From: Octopus sinensis
Lineage: Eukaryota
Direction: 5' to 3'
DNA: 64,000 nucleotides
Assembly: GCF_006345805.1 (NCBI RefSeq)
Contig: NC_043016.1
Coordinates: 25,296,001 to 25,360,000, forward strand
The position numbers and the translations under genes were made by a program. The notes under the pieces were generated by a model. It was given only the letters and a program-made list of their open reading frames with translations, had not been told where the DNA came from and did no database searches. Below, in pieces: positions 53,401 through 62,623 of this stretch. Each line of letters begins with the position of its first letter. The first letter of the stretch is position 1.

Positions 53401-56400
53401 GCACATTTTTAAGAGTACTTCATTTATATATGCCATTAGTCAGAGGCAAATGAGAAGCAACAACTGTTATGGAACAACATTTTACAAATGTTAGTATTTT
53501 GTTTTCTGTTTTGCAAACAGTTCTTCTTGTGCCAGCTTTGAGAGAAAAGGATCAAAAAATTAGAAAAGGAAAAATATAAACTTTGATTAAAAAATATTTT
53601 TTTAATAATTTGTCTTATGAGACAACCCTTTCATTATCAAATTTCTATTGAGATTTGATTCACTGCGTATGTTTCGATTAATTTTGAACATAAGCGCAGG
53701 TCTGGCTGTGTGGCAAGAAGCTTGCTTCCCAACCATATGGTTCTGGTTTCAGTCCCACTGTGTGGTACCTTGGGCAAATGTGTTCTATAGCAGCCTCAGG
53801 CCAACCAAAGCCATGTGAGTAGATTTTGAAGACAGAACTGAAAAAGCTGTGTATGTATATCGTGTCTGTGTGTGTGTGTGTGTGTGTTTATTCCTCCAAC
53901 ATCACTTGACAAATGATGCTGGTGTGTTTATGTTCCCCATAATTTTATCAATTTGGTAAAAGAGACTGATAGAATAAGCACTAGGCTTTCAAAGAATAAG
54001 CCCTGGGGTCAATTTCTTCGCCTAAAAGACCCTTTAAGGCAGTGCTCCAGCAAGGCCACAGTCAAATGATTGAAATAAGTAAAAGAATAATGAAGAATTC
54101 AGTAAAATAACATTGTCATTACTTAGTTGTTTGGAACAAAAATGAATGTAAAAATTTTCATGAAAGGTTTTAATTTTGATAATTTTAAAACTTCTGTTAC
54201 TATATTTCTGTTAAAATTCACTGCTATTTTTACAATTAATTTTGAAAATAATGAAAAATTTAGTAAAATAATTTAGTCACTTTAAAGCTGATGTTTGGAA
54301 CATTAAACATAAAATTTCAATGGAAGGTTTTAATTTTGATCTCATCACAGAACCAGGGTTGGTCTCAGTTAGTATCAAAAAGGTTCAAATATTAGTCAAA
54401 TGCATTAATCAATTTCCTACTATTTCTGTTCAATAATTGATTCACTGCTGTTTGGATTTTCATATTTTGTTTTTGTCTGTGGTTAGTGAACTCTACAGAA
54501 TAAATAAAGTCAATTTCATTTACTTTTGATCCCGAGCTCAAACCATTTAATTTCACTTATATTGTTAGTAGTCTTAGAAAAGGCATGAACATCATGACTT
54601 AACCCCACCACCACTATAAGATTTATGAAACAAATAGCATTTTGTTATTTTTCTTCGGGTTAAATTCTTAAGGTTACTTTCCTTATTACTACTGACTAAT
54701 AAAGAGATCGTTATTTTATTGTGATGATGTTAAAGATTTTAGTGAGAGAGATAAAGCTGATCTATTATGATATTTAGTATGGTGTATCACAGTTATAAGT
54801 TTAAACCCATGCTGTCATTTAAATACATTACATATATTTTACCAATCTTCTTGTGTATTCATGGTGAAGTTAAATAAACATACTGTCAGTCAGTGCTATA
54901 TTGATTGTATTTCTTTCTAGTCAAAAGAAAGTAATTTTTAAAAGTTGTCATCATTGTTGTAATTGTTACTCTAGATATGTGGCACTTATTCTTCTTAATA
55001 GCAAAACGCCGACCACGGAGGAGCTCTGGATTAACAGAATCTTCTGATGTTCAATCTCCAGGTTAGAAACATCAATTTACACTTATCTTTGTATTACAAG
55101 TGTGTGTATGTGTGTGTGCGTGTTTTAGTATTGGATATTAACATGTTTCATATACATTTATGATGCATTTTGGTGTTGGCAATATTAGATAACAAATATA
55201 TCTGCTTTAGTATGATTTGCTTGTGTTGTTGTGTAATACCGGATCAGGTTTGACTGAGAAAAACATATGTTTAATGGGTATTCAATTAAATGACTAGGTG
55301 CAACACATGGAGCTTTTGTGGAGCTCCTGTGCAGAATTGCCTCCAATTTTGATAAGGTACTAACATTTTCATTCTTAAGCTCAGACACTTTCTCATTGTT
55401 ATTTTTACTAATCGTAGATGGCAGAACTTGTAGAGTACTGGACAAATATATCTCGTGTTTCTCAGTTACATCTCTTGTGCCAACAAAATTAGATATTATC
55501 ATCCTCATTTCTGAAGGCATATTTTAGTTAAAATCGTTGGCTGCATAACCAAATGCAGCTCTTCTGTACCATTGTATACGTGCAGTATTTTGTTGCTGTT
55601 GGTTTCTTTTTCCCCTCTTGTTTTAAGAATTCATTTGTCTAATGCTCATTTTACCATGCTAGCATAGCTTGGATGGGAATTGATTTTCAGGTAGGATTTT
55701 CTAGTTGGATGCTCTTCCTGTTGCCAACCCTCACCTGTTTTTCAGACCAGAAATTTTCCTGTTCCACTGGTGTTTAAAAGCATCAAGTGAACATTTGTAT
55801 TGTCAACAAGAAATGTTAACATCACAGTTTCTTTCAAACAATGTCAAGTGAAATGTTTACATTCATTCACATTATTCCAGGATTTCCTCGCCTTGCATTG
55901 CTATTAAAGAAGGAAGGGGGACATTGCTAGTTTGAAATAACAACTTTACAAGCATAGTAGCACCATTGGCTAACCTTTTCTAAGATGTGTGCAAGACAAC
56001 AAAACCGTTCTGTATGCATTCAGTGTCTGAGCATTACTGACTTCTGGATTAACATTGAATAACTGTTATGTGTACAGTAACTCTGACAACCAGTTGAGTT
56101 CATTGAGAGAATTGCTACATCACTTTCAACTGACTAGAAAGTATGTGTAGTTTTCTTTAATCTTGTAGTTAAGTTGAAATAGATTGTATGAGAAACAAAG
56201 TTGAAAGAACTGAGAACAGACATGTTTTTGGACAAGCCTACATAAACTTCTTCGAGTTTCCACTTTGAGAGATTGGTGAGAGTGGACGGCTTGTTGTTGC
56301 CTTCCATTAACCATTCAGTATTCAGATTACTTTGTCAAATGTAATGCTTATTTGTACAAATTGCTCTGAACTAAACATAAATTATTTTCTAGCATAGAGA

Positions 56401-59400
56401 TTTTAATAATGTGATAGATTATTTTCAGAATGACATTGTATGGTAGGTATGAGAAGCCAGATCTGGCCTGTTTGAACATAGAGCAGGTAGAATATTTTGG
56501 CTGGAAATGGCTGGTTTAAATGGTAACGGGTTAAATTTACTGAAAGGTGGGTGAGAGTGGTGGACATAGCTTCATTTATTTTGAGCATATGCCTGTAAAC
56601 TAGAGAACACAAATGGAAGAAGGCACTTGTTCTTAGTAGACAAGGTAATCTTGGATCTGTAGGATTCCTTGATTGGGCCAAGATATCTGTTCCTGTATTG
56701 GGGGCCTCTTTTCATATGTTTGTTATACTGTTTTTATTTTTACTATGCCAGTTTTTTTGTAATAGATATTGTGTAAGCTCTTTCCAGTTTTGTAATTTGA
56801 CCATATTATATTCACGCATCTGTTACCTTTTGTGGCAAATAAAGGCAGCGAGCTAGCAGAATCGTTAGCACGTCGAGCGAAATGCTTAGCGGTATTTCGG
56901 CTGCCGTTACGTTGTGAGTTCAAATTCCGCCGAGGTTGACTTTGCCTTTCATCCTTTCGGGGTCGATAAATTAAGTACCAGTTAAGCACTGGGGTCGATA
57001 TAATCGACTTAATACCTATGTCTGTCCATGTTTGTCTCCTCTATGTTTAGCCCCTTGAGGGTAATAAAGAAATAGGTATTTTGCCCATTTTTACATTCTG
57101 AGTTTAAATTTCACCGAGGTTGACTTTGGCCTTCATCATCTAGGGGGTCAGTAAAATTAGTATCTACTGATCACTGGGGTTGATGTAATCAACTGTCCCA
57201 TCCCCCAAAACTACTGGATTTGTGCGAAAATTTGAAACCATTGTTGTTATTATTATGATTAATTGTTATTGTTGTTATTTAAATAAATTAATACCATTCT
57301 TTTATTTTTATCCAGCAGAAAGTGACGATAGTGGAGAAAGTGATGGAGAATACAAAAATGAAGATGCAGAAGAAGAAAACAAAGTTACTATTGATACAAC
57401 AAAGGAAGAAGCTGTTAAAGAGATGCTGAAGAAAATGGATGATATCGAAAGGAATTCCGTGGCTGAAAGCAAAAAAATTGTGAGCTGTGATCAAGCAGAA
57501 AAGAACGTGTCTCATTCTCAGCCAGAAGAACCACAAATAAACTCTGTTCCACTTGCTTCAGAGCCTAAGGATAGAGTCCCTGAAGTGAAAGAAGAAAGGG
57601 TCTTAACTGTTACAGATGGAAGTGCTAATTTTAAAAACTTAACTGTGACTTGTCATGAAATAGTAAAAGCCCAAAATTCAACTTCCAAAATGCTAAAAGA
57701 GGACAGCAATAATTTAAAGGAACAAGCTGCTGAATATTTTGAGGCTAGAAAGGAGCGTGTTCCTGAGTCTTATGATACCGATGATGTCCTTAATTTAGAA
57801 TGTGATGAGAAGATTTTTGATGATTCTGAAGAAAGTGAAGTTCACGTACAGCAGCAGCAACAACAACAACAGCAACAGCAGCAGCAGCAGCAACAGCAAC
57901 AACAACATCAGCAACAACATCAGTTGCATCAGCAGCAGCAACTACAATCTCATCCTCCACAACCACCACAATCGCAGTTGCAGATACAACCTCAACAGCA
58001 GCAACCACAACAGCAGTTACCGCAGAAACAACAACACCAACCGCTACCACCACCGCCGCCGCCACCACCGCAGCAACAACAACAACAACAGCAGCAGCAG
58101 CAGCAACAACAACAACAGCAGCAGCAACAACACCAACAACAGTCACCAGTTCCACCTCCACCACCTCCACCGCCGCCGCTACCACCACCACCACCACAGC
58201 AACAACAGCATTCACAACAGCAACATCCACAACAACAACAACAACAACAACAGCAGCAGCAGCTGCAGATGTTGCCAAGAATAATGGGCCCATACATGTA
58301 TCAATCACAGTCGGTGATGTTTGAACCAACACCTCTGTCATGTGTAGAAAGTGTTCTTCCTGTGAAGGAGGCAGATAAGAAAGAAAAGGCGAAGCCAAAG
58401 CGGAAAGACTGTAAAGAACCAAAACAACAAACTGTTTTAAGTAACATCAAAGAAGCTGTTCCAGATGAAAGTACATTGCATCATATAAAGTTAAAGTCCA
58501 ACGTGTATAACCTTTACGGTCCTTGCCAACAGGGACCACCCGTATATGTTAGTGATGCGATGAGAGACATTGATATAAAAACTGAAGAAGAGTTCTGTCG
58601 GAGTGAAGAAGTCCCTAAAGAGTTTGGCGATATTGTGAAGAAGAAACCAGCTAAAAAGAAGATCAAAAAGAAAGCTGCTGAATCTGATGATTTCGAAAGT
58701 TCTGTTCTTGAAAGTAAGGATAACCTGAAGAAGACTGTAGCAGTACCTGTCAGTAGTAAATCGCAAAAATGTGATAAAATAGACAAACCTACTTTCAGTA
58801 AGGTGAAAGAAAGCAAAAAGAGCAAAGAGACATATTCTAGTACAAATGACACAGAATCTACAATTGTCGCTGCTGCGGCTGCAGCATCAGCCGCAGTAGC
58901 TGTTGCCAATGCCAAGTCTGAGGCTCATATTGAATCTTTGTACAGCATGGCTCCAAAAGAAGTTGTCCATGTGCAGTCTGTTGGCCCTGATATTGCACCT
59001 GCTGAGAAACCATCAGTTAAATCAGGCTCTGCTTCGGCTCATTGTCTTCTGGAAACAGTTCGCTCTATTGTAGATGATTATGGTATAGATGTCGGAAGTA
59101 GCTGTTCGCGTTCAGATGTCACCAGTTCACAAAACCAAAGACAGGTAGTATTATCAAACACTCCACCTTATTCTCCAGAAACCGATCTAATACCATCAGA
59201 TGCCGAAGATGTAATGCCTCAACATCAGGGTGGTATATGCAGAGATCTTGATCACGAGGAAGATGAAGATGGGGATTTTGAGGATGATGATGATCATGAA
59301 ACAATCAACAGGGACAGACTTCCTGGGAGTGAATCTCCACATGAGTGCAATGCAAGCACAATATCAAATGACAGTTGTGGTAGTAGCAGTGGAAATATAC

Positions 59401-60815
59401 CTAGTTCAGATAGTAGCAATGATGTCGCTCCAACTGCAAAACGGAAAAGAGATGATCTTGATTATATCCCTACAAAGAAGAAAAAGCGTACAAATAAAAC
59501 TAACAAAACTTCATTAGAGAGGAGGAGAGAAGTTAAACCATCAGGTAGGACATGGAGTTATCCATTATTAGTTGTTACATAATTTAAGGGTAGTTAAACT
59601 AGTACTGATGTACATATCTATATGGGGTTCAATTTAAAGTTTTATTGTAATTTAGAATTCTTCAAACTTTTATGTAGTTCCCTGCAATGCTGTGCTTTAA
59701 ATGTACCTATAATATACTAATATACATATATTCTTTAAATGTACTGTTATATATTCACTTTAATTGGAATTGAACAACACACACAATAATAGTTAAGAGT
59801 GTAATTTTAAAAATTATTAGGGAGGCCAAACAAAAATACCAAATTTAATGCTGTTTATTTTCTTTGTAATTTAGAATGTGAAGAAAACTATAGCATAGAA
59901 GACAAGGGTGCTGAAACTTCAAGTCCAGAATATGAAGTGTCTTCAATACCACACATTTTATCTCCACACCCACCATTACCTAAACCAAATTCTATCACGT
60001 CAAAACCTCCAAGACCTTCTAAATACAATTTTAACCTAGGTAAGTATTTATTCCTGGAAGAGATTTACTACTCAATAATTGTTCAATGTGAAATTGTATA
60101 CTTAATAATACAGAATATTCAGTCTAAAGATTTATACTTTTGAAATTTCAAATGTTCTGGAAAATATTCTATACAGTGTGTGGTGTTTGGTGTTATAAGA
60201 AAGGTATGTGTCTACTAAAGGAGGAGATGCTGGCATGGAAATTGTGATAACAGTAAAAAAAAAAAGGGAGTGTATACGGTTTGCAGTAGTAGTGTTATAT
60301 ATTATAGTGTATATGCGCTTACATGTATACATGTGTGTTTGTGTACTTGCATATATAGGTGTGTGTGTGTACACACAGACAAATGCATATACACACATAC
60401 CATGCATGCACATTATATATATCTGTGTGTGTGTGTCTATCTATCTTCATACACGTGTGTGTATATAAAACACATGTTTCTGTATCGCTATACATACACA
60501 TATTTCAGCTTCATTTATCATCCTTAGATACCATTTGTTCTAGGACTATTCTGTTAGAAACCGTTCAGATCAATTATTCCACATGACTGAATCATTGCAG
60601 CTTGAATGAGAATTAACTGCACATATGCTTACAGGGCTATTTTAAAGTTTATTGGTTTATTTTTGCAGAAGAAGCTCAGGACCTTGACGGAGAGAAACGA
60701 ATCACATTCCTGATGGAAAAGATACAACATATACGGAGACTGTACATGAACCTTAAAACTGAAGTAGCCTCTATCGACAGGCGGAGAAAACGTGCAAAGA
60801 GGAAAGAAAGAGAAA
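18231..60815 (+). CDS. ARID4B: ARID4A/ARID4B-family gene, 22 traced coding exons (5' start exon and 3' terminal exon not located)
   Basis: Spliced translation contains [28 protein letters not shown] (Tudor), [32 protein letters not shown] (RBB1NT), [18 protein letters not shown]...LNLYKLF...YKKYLHAFE (ARID), [14 protein letters not shown]...[16 protein letters not shown] (chromobarrel) and [21 protein letters not shown] (C-terminal coiled coil). All closely match vertebrate ARID4A/B motifs as I recall them. Every junction is GT-AG and in phase. The symbol is nominal: this is a co-orthologue of ARID4A and ARID4B. Confidence 0.96.
18764..18983 (+). mobile_element. Second piggyBac-like MITE family (about 220 bp); copies also at 34411-34632 (-), 56311-56530 (-) and about 49749-49905 (deleted)
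   Basis: TTAA|CCCTTTAGCATTC ... GAATACTAAAGGG|TTAA. Confidence 0.8.
19971..20635 (+). mobile_element. Family A SINE split by insertions (inverted RTE tail, small hairpin, perfect palindrome)
   Basis: Head 19971-20092, 3' half about 20390-20635; the intervening DNA sits at the position of the internal microsatellite. Confidence 0.75.
20276..20387. repeat. Perfect 112-bp palindrome (55-bp arms, TT loop)
   Basis: ATCAACAATCAAGGAACGGCCATAATAGGCCATTCACCCACTAGAAATAACAGCC-TT-exact reverse complement; checked base by base. Confidence 0.97.
20690..21120 (-). mobile_element. Very old mariner fragment
   Basis: Reverse translation [10 protein letters not shown] resembles the FL.RIITGDE catalytic motif; a single motif only. 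Confidence 0.4.
23417..25110 (-). mobile_element. RTE-clade LINE, 5'-truncated and internally deleted, with RT remnant and full 3' tail
   Basis: Minus-strand translation [13 protein letters not shown]...[33 protein letters not shown] and C-terminal [10 protein letters not shown]; 3' UTR with about 65-bp tandem units ends in GTTAAACGATGATGATG-like tail; frameshifts and stops present. Confidence 0.9.
25430..25575 (+). repeat. Purine-rich minisatellite, about six units with core TTTCCGGTAAGAG
   Basis: Core or variants at about 25433, 25451, 25483, 25511, 25538 and 25565, separated by (GA/AAAG)n. Confidence 0.75.
28590..29142 (+). mobile_element. Ty3/gypsy reverse transcriptase fragment (no LTRs seen)
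   Basis: CGDYSVTIN...[11 protein letters not shown]...LSTHRG...[17 protein letters not shown]...[10 protein letters not shown], then [14 protein letters not shown] after a frameshift. Confidence 0.88.
31027..31092 (+). CDS. ARID4B: ARID4 exon 2 (66 nt, 0-0): [22 protein letters not shown]
   Basis: ttatag|GTT ... AAG|gtaaaa; matches the V..DD.IKGPLK motif. Confidence 0.9.
31900..32130 (-). mobile_element. Mariner N-terminal fragment
   Basis: Reverse translation [21 protein letters not shown]...VFKWH, homologous to the 4708 element. Confidence 0.65.
33595..33970 (+). mobile_element. Family A SINE, diverged
   Basis: GGGTTCAACCCT, CATTGGGCAAGTGTCTTCTAC and tail GACTGAAACAAGTGAAAG match family A. 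Confidence 0.75.
35141..35234 (+). CDS. ARID4B: ARID4 exon 3 (94 nt, 0-1): [31 protein letters not shown]
   Basis: cttttag|GTT ... G|gtgagt; matches VGA.V...D.S.YTV. Confidence 0.9.
35865..35946 (+). repeat. (AAT/GAT)n trinucleotide microsatellite immediately upstream of exon 4
   Basis: Directly visible in the sequence. Confidence 0.95.
35964..36043 (+). CDS. ARID4B: ARID4 exon 4 (80 nt, 1-0): (V)[26 protein letters not shown]
   Basis: ttttgtag|TG ... GAA|gtaagg; highly conserved Tudor motif. Confidence 0.95.
36440..36534 (+). CDS. ARID4B: ARID4 exon 5 (95 nt, 0-2): [31 protein letters not shown](G)
   Basis: attgtag|ACT ... GG|gtaagt; matches [14 protein letters not shown]. Confidence 0.93.
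37634..37858 (+). CDS. ARID4B: ARID4 exon 6 (225 nt, 2-2): acidic linker and RBB1NT/PWWP-like start (ELVGKVMC...LVRSFKDGK)
   Basis: ctttcag|G ... TT|gtaagt; open frame, motif [10 protein letters not shown]. Confidence 0.93.
39326..39405 (+). CDS. ARID4B: ARID4 exon 7 (80 nt, 2-1): (F)[26 protein letters not shown]
   Basis: ttttcag|T ... G|gtaaga; phases fit both neighbours. Confidence 0.88.
40339..40445 (+). CDS. ARID4B: ARID4 exon 8 (107 nt, 1-0): (A)[35 protein letters not shown]
   Basis: ttttcaag|CT ... GAT|gtaagt; matches A.E.AL.F....LP.NW. Confidence 0.9.
41637..41709 (+). CDS. ARID4B: ARID4 exon 9 (73 nt, 0-1): [24 protein letters not shown](G), ARID start
   Basis: tttccag|TCC ... 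G|gtgtgt; ARID motif F..QLYKFM.DRG. Confidence 0.95.
42232..42326 (+). CDS. ARID4B: ARID4 exon 10 (95 nt, 1-0): (G)[31 protein letters not shown]
   Basis: ccaaacag|GA ... AAG|gtacag; ARID core. Confidence 0.95.
43481..43575 (+). CDS. ARID4B: ARID4 exon 11 (95 nt, 0-2): [31 protein letters not shown](K)
   Basis: Long pyrimidine tract, cttgtag|GTT ... AA|gtaagt; ARID W...Y and K.AYKKYL motifs. Confidence 0.94.
44347..44518 (+). CDS. ARID4B: ARID4 exon 12 (172 nt, 2-0): [17 protein letters not shown]...AVKEEEK, ARID end
   Basis: cttcag|A ... AAG|gtaagt. Confidence 0.92.
44983..45383 (+). mobile_element. Family A SINE, young full-length copy
   Basis: Near-identical to 621-1031; internal (TA)n. 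Confidence 0.88.
45594..45995 (+). CDS. ARID4B: ARID4 exon 13 (402 nt, 0-0): highly charged K/E/D linker
   Basis: ttatttag|AAT ... AGG|gttagt; 134 open codons, overlaps ORF-track 45738..46091. Confidence 0.88.
46607..46820 (+). mobile_element. Family D SINE; further diverged copies at about 46984-47200 (+), 43975-44160 (+), 38250-38400 (+), 13010-13165 (-), 35710-35850 (-)
   Basis: Shared TTCTGAGTTCAAATTCC...CTTTGCCTYTCATCCTTT...AAGTACCAG. Confidence 0.78.
47475..47725 (+). CDS. ARID4B: ARID4 exon 14 (251 nt, 0-2): K/E-rich linker
   Basis: tttacag|GTT ... AG|gtaaat; overlaps ORF-track 47544..47729. Confidence 0.88.
47850..48183 (+). mobile_element. RTE-type 3' tail copy ending (GAT)n; shorter copies at about 6775-6975, 12720-12878, 13810-14003, 28060-28247, 39560-39712 (+) and 15625-15830, 16895-17060, 30297-30484 (-)
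   Basis: Shared AAAAAGCACCCACTACACTC..GAGTGGTTGGCGTTAGGAAGGGCATCCAGCTGTAGAAAC...CCGTCCAACCCATG...GTTAAACGATGATG, matching the 3' UTR of the RTE at 23417. Confidence 0.85.
48554..48880 (+). mobile_element. tRNA-derived SINE (family G)
   Basis: A-box TGGCTCAGTGGTTAG, tRNA-like head, GTGTCCTTGTGCAAGACACTTTATTTCACATTGCTCCAG; degenerate relative at about 34225-34330. Confidence 0.7.
49438..49606 (+). CDS. ARID4B: ARID4 exon 15 (169 nt, 2-0): acidic tract and chromobarrel start [23 protein letters not shown]
   Basis: tccacag|A ... AAA|gttagt. Confidence 0.94.
50072..50139 (+). CDS. ARID4B: ARID4 exon 16 (68 nt, 0-2): [22 protein letters not shown](R)
   Basis: ttttccag|GTT ... AG|gtaaat; chromobarrel motif. 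Confidence 0.95.
50219..50435 (-). mobile_element. Family D SINE, reverse orientation
   Basis: Reverse complement of 56844-57075 with high identity. Confidence 0.85.
51151..51366 (+). mobile_element. piggyBac-like MITE (TTAA target, CCC...GGG termini)
   Basis: TTAA|CCCTTTCATTAC ... GTAACGAAAGGG|TTAA. Related partial copies at about 18400-18575, 30520-30700, 50580-50770 and 54080-54370. Confidence 0.8.
51524..51626 (+). CDS. ARID4B: ARID4 exon 17 (103 nt, 2-0): [34 protein letters not shown]
   Basis: cattag|G ... AAG|gtaaat; RYDEW motif. An internal alternative donor is possible at 51568. Confidence 0.9.
52544..53333 (+). CDS. ARID4B: ARID4 exon 18 (790 nt, 0-1): Ser/Thr/Pro low-complexity region
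   Basis: ttttttaag|GGA ... C|gtaagt; lies in ORF-track 52481..53341 and the phases match both neighbours. Confidence 0.85.
53693..54090 (+). mobile_element. Family A SINE
   Basis: Head, CORE-like segment, (TG)n and tail all present. Confidence 0.82.
55002..55061 (+). CDS. ARID4B: ARID4 exon 19 (60 nt, 1-1): (P)[19 protein letters not shown]
   Basis: cttaatag|CA ... G|gttaga; NLS-like KRRPRR; short exon supported by phase and composition only. Confidence 0.75.
56844..57075 (+). mobile_element. tRNA-derived SINE (family D), young copy, followed by a partial tandem copy to about 57245
   Basis: GGCAGCGAGCTAGCAGAATCGTTAG (A-box-like), GAGTTCAAATTCC (B-box), central GCCTTTCATCCTTTCGGGGTCGATAAATTAAGTACCAG domain resembling the MetaSINE-type conserved domain (from memory, unverified). 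Confidence 0.85.
57316..59544 (+). CDS. ARID4B: ARID4 exon 20 (2229 nt, 1-1): large disordered exon with polyQ/polyP block and polyA
   Basis: tatccag|CA (NAGNAG) ... G|gtagga; lies within the 786-aa ORF 57222..59582. Confidence 0.9.
59875..60039 (+). CDS. ARID4B: ARID4 exon 21 (165 nt, 1-1): ...[12 protein letters not shown]
   Basis: aatttag|AA ... G|gtaagt; the end resembles vertebrate PKVYKWSF. Confidence 0.88.
60669..60815 (+). CDS. ARID4B: ARID4 exon 22 (147 nt, 1-1): [49 protein letters not shown]-terminal coiled coil
   Basis: ttttgcag|AA ... A|gtgagt; matches vertebrate RI..L.EK...[21 protein letters not shown]. Confidence 0.96.
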
Positions 60816-61281
60816 GTGAGTTTATTTTTACCTTGTGGCTATCTTACTGTCTGCAGATGATATTAGGATTAACTTATATTTTTTTTGGTTGTTACATGAC
60901 ATGCACACACACATGCATATGCATGCACTCACATAAAGAGTGTGTCAGGTACTTGAGAACAAAACGCTTTGTGAGGTAAAAAAACAAGCATATTAAATAG
61001 AAAAATACAACTGTTTGAGAAATATGGTATGCACATATTCAACTAGATATACTAAAGAAATGAGTCAATGCAAAAAAATTTCCTGCAGCCTGTCAGGATT
61101 AAGCAGTTCTTGCTCATGTTTATTATGGCTGTTCCTCGATGTGTCTTGAGTACAGTGGTCTGTTTGTTGTTCTTCCTTATCTGACGATGTCCAAGATGCA
61201 GTAAGCAAGGGAGCCAAAGCCAGGAGAATTAGGGGGCCACATTATGTTGTGGTTGGAGGGAGTCCTACCAGATATGAACTG

Positions 61282-61693
61282 AGGAGTGGCTGTGTGGTAA
61301 GTAGCTTGCTTACCAACCACATGGTTCCGGGTTCAGTCCCACTGTGTGGCACCTTGGGCAAGTGTATTCTATTATAGCCTTGGACAAGTGTATTCTATTA
61401 TAGCCTTGGGCTGACCAAAGCCTTGTGAGTGTATTTGGTAGACGGAAACTGAAAGAAGCCTGTCGTATATATGTGTATATATATATATATATGTGTGTGT
61501 TTGTGTTTGTCCCTCCCCCACAACATCGCTCGACAACTGATGCTGGTGTGTTTACATCCCGTAACTTAGCAGTTTGGCAAAAGAGACTGATAGAATAAGT
61601 ACTAGGCTTACAAAAAATAAGTCCTGGGGTCAGTTTGCTCGACTAAAGGCGGAGCTCCAGTATGGCTGCAGACAGATGACTGAAACAAGTAAT
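61282..61693 (+). mobile_element. Family A SINE with a 26-bp internal tandem duplication (61352-61403)
   Basis: CCTTGG(G/A)CAAGTGTATTCTATTATAG occurs twice in tandem. Confidence 0.85.
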
Positions 61694-62189
61694 AAAAAAA
61701 TTTTTTAAATCATATAGAACTTGTACTTTGGTGTCTTCTCATGCTGTTCAATATTGCCTTTCACCGACTTGCTGGGGTCTTTGTTGGATGATATTTTGGA
61801 CCTACCGTACAAACTCATTCACCCTGACAGTATCTGACTGCTGTGAATGTCCTTTTGCCTAGTTACAGAAGACACCCACCTCTGTCTGGGACCTCATCTC
61901 TTTTTTGTTTCTCAACCTGAAGAAGTTGGCAACATTCAAGAAGCTATCAATTTTTGAGTCACAGAATTAGAGTAGCTAGAGTCAAGAGTACACCGTGCTG
62001 ATTTTTTTTCTTTCTTTCGTTTTTTTTTATTATAAATTTCTTGTCCCAAGTTAACTCCTGCCATGTTGATACGTGTGAAAGAGAAATAAAAAATGTTTAA
62101 CTTTGATGACACACTGAATTTGGTGGTTTACAAGTGCCTGACGCACCTTTTGTGTGCTTGTGTGTGGTGCATATGCATCCGTCATTTTT

Positions 62190-62219
62190 ATCTTACACAC
62201 ATGTATGTATATATATGTT

Positions 62220-62253
<34 letters not shown>

Positions 62254-62402
62254 AACACACACACACAACCACATATACACGCACACTTCCAAATGTATAT
62301 GAATTATGCATATTCTAAATAAATAACGGCAATTAGATCTTACATATAATTTTAGTTTCTAATATATGTGTATATATGTTTGTATATATATATATGTGTA
62401 TG

Positions 62403-62435
<33 letters not shown>

Positions 62436-62592
62436 ATATAATATATATATATATATATATATACACATATGTATATATGCATACATATGTACGTATATAT
62501 ATGTATATACATGTGTATATATATCTATATACACACACATGTATATATGTGTGTATATATGCATATATATATATATGTCTATATATATGTGC

Positions 62593-62623
<31 letters not shown>

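Noticed and set aside
57222-57315. N-terminal extension of the 786-aa ORF (likewise 52481-52543, 40197-40338 and read-through tails such as 60816-60979)
   Set aside because: Intronic sequence that happens to be open; pyrimidine tracts and AG/GT sites define the real exon edges.
57790-58422. Antisense polyV/A, polyCys and alternative-frame polyN/S ORFs
   Set aside because: Frame and strand shadows of the CAG/CAA repeats in exon 20.
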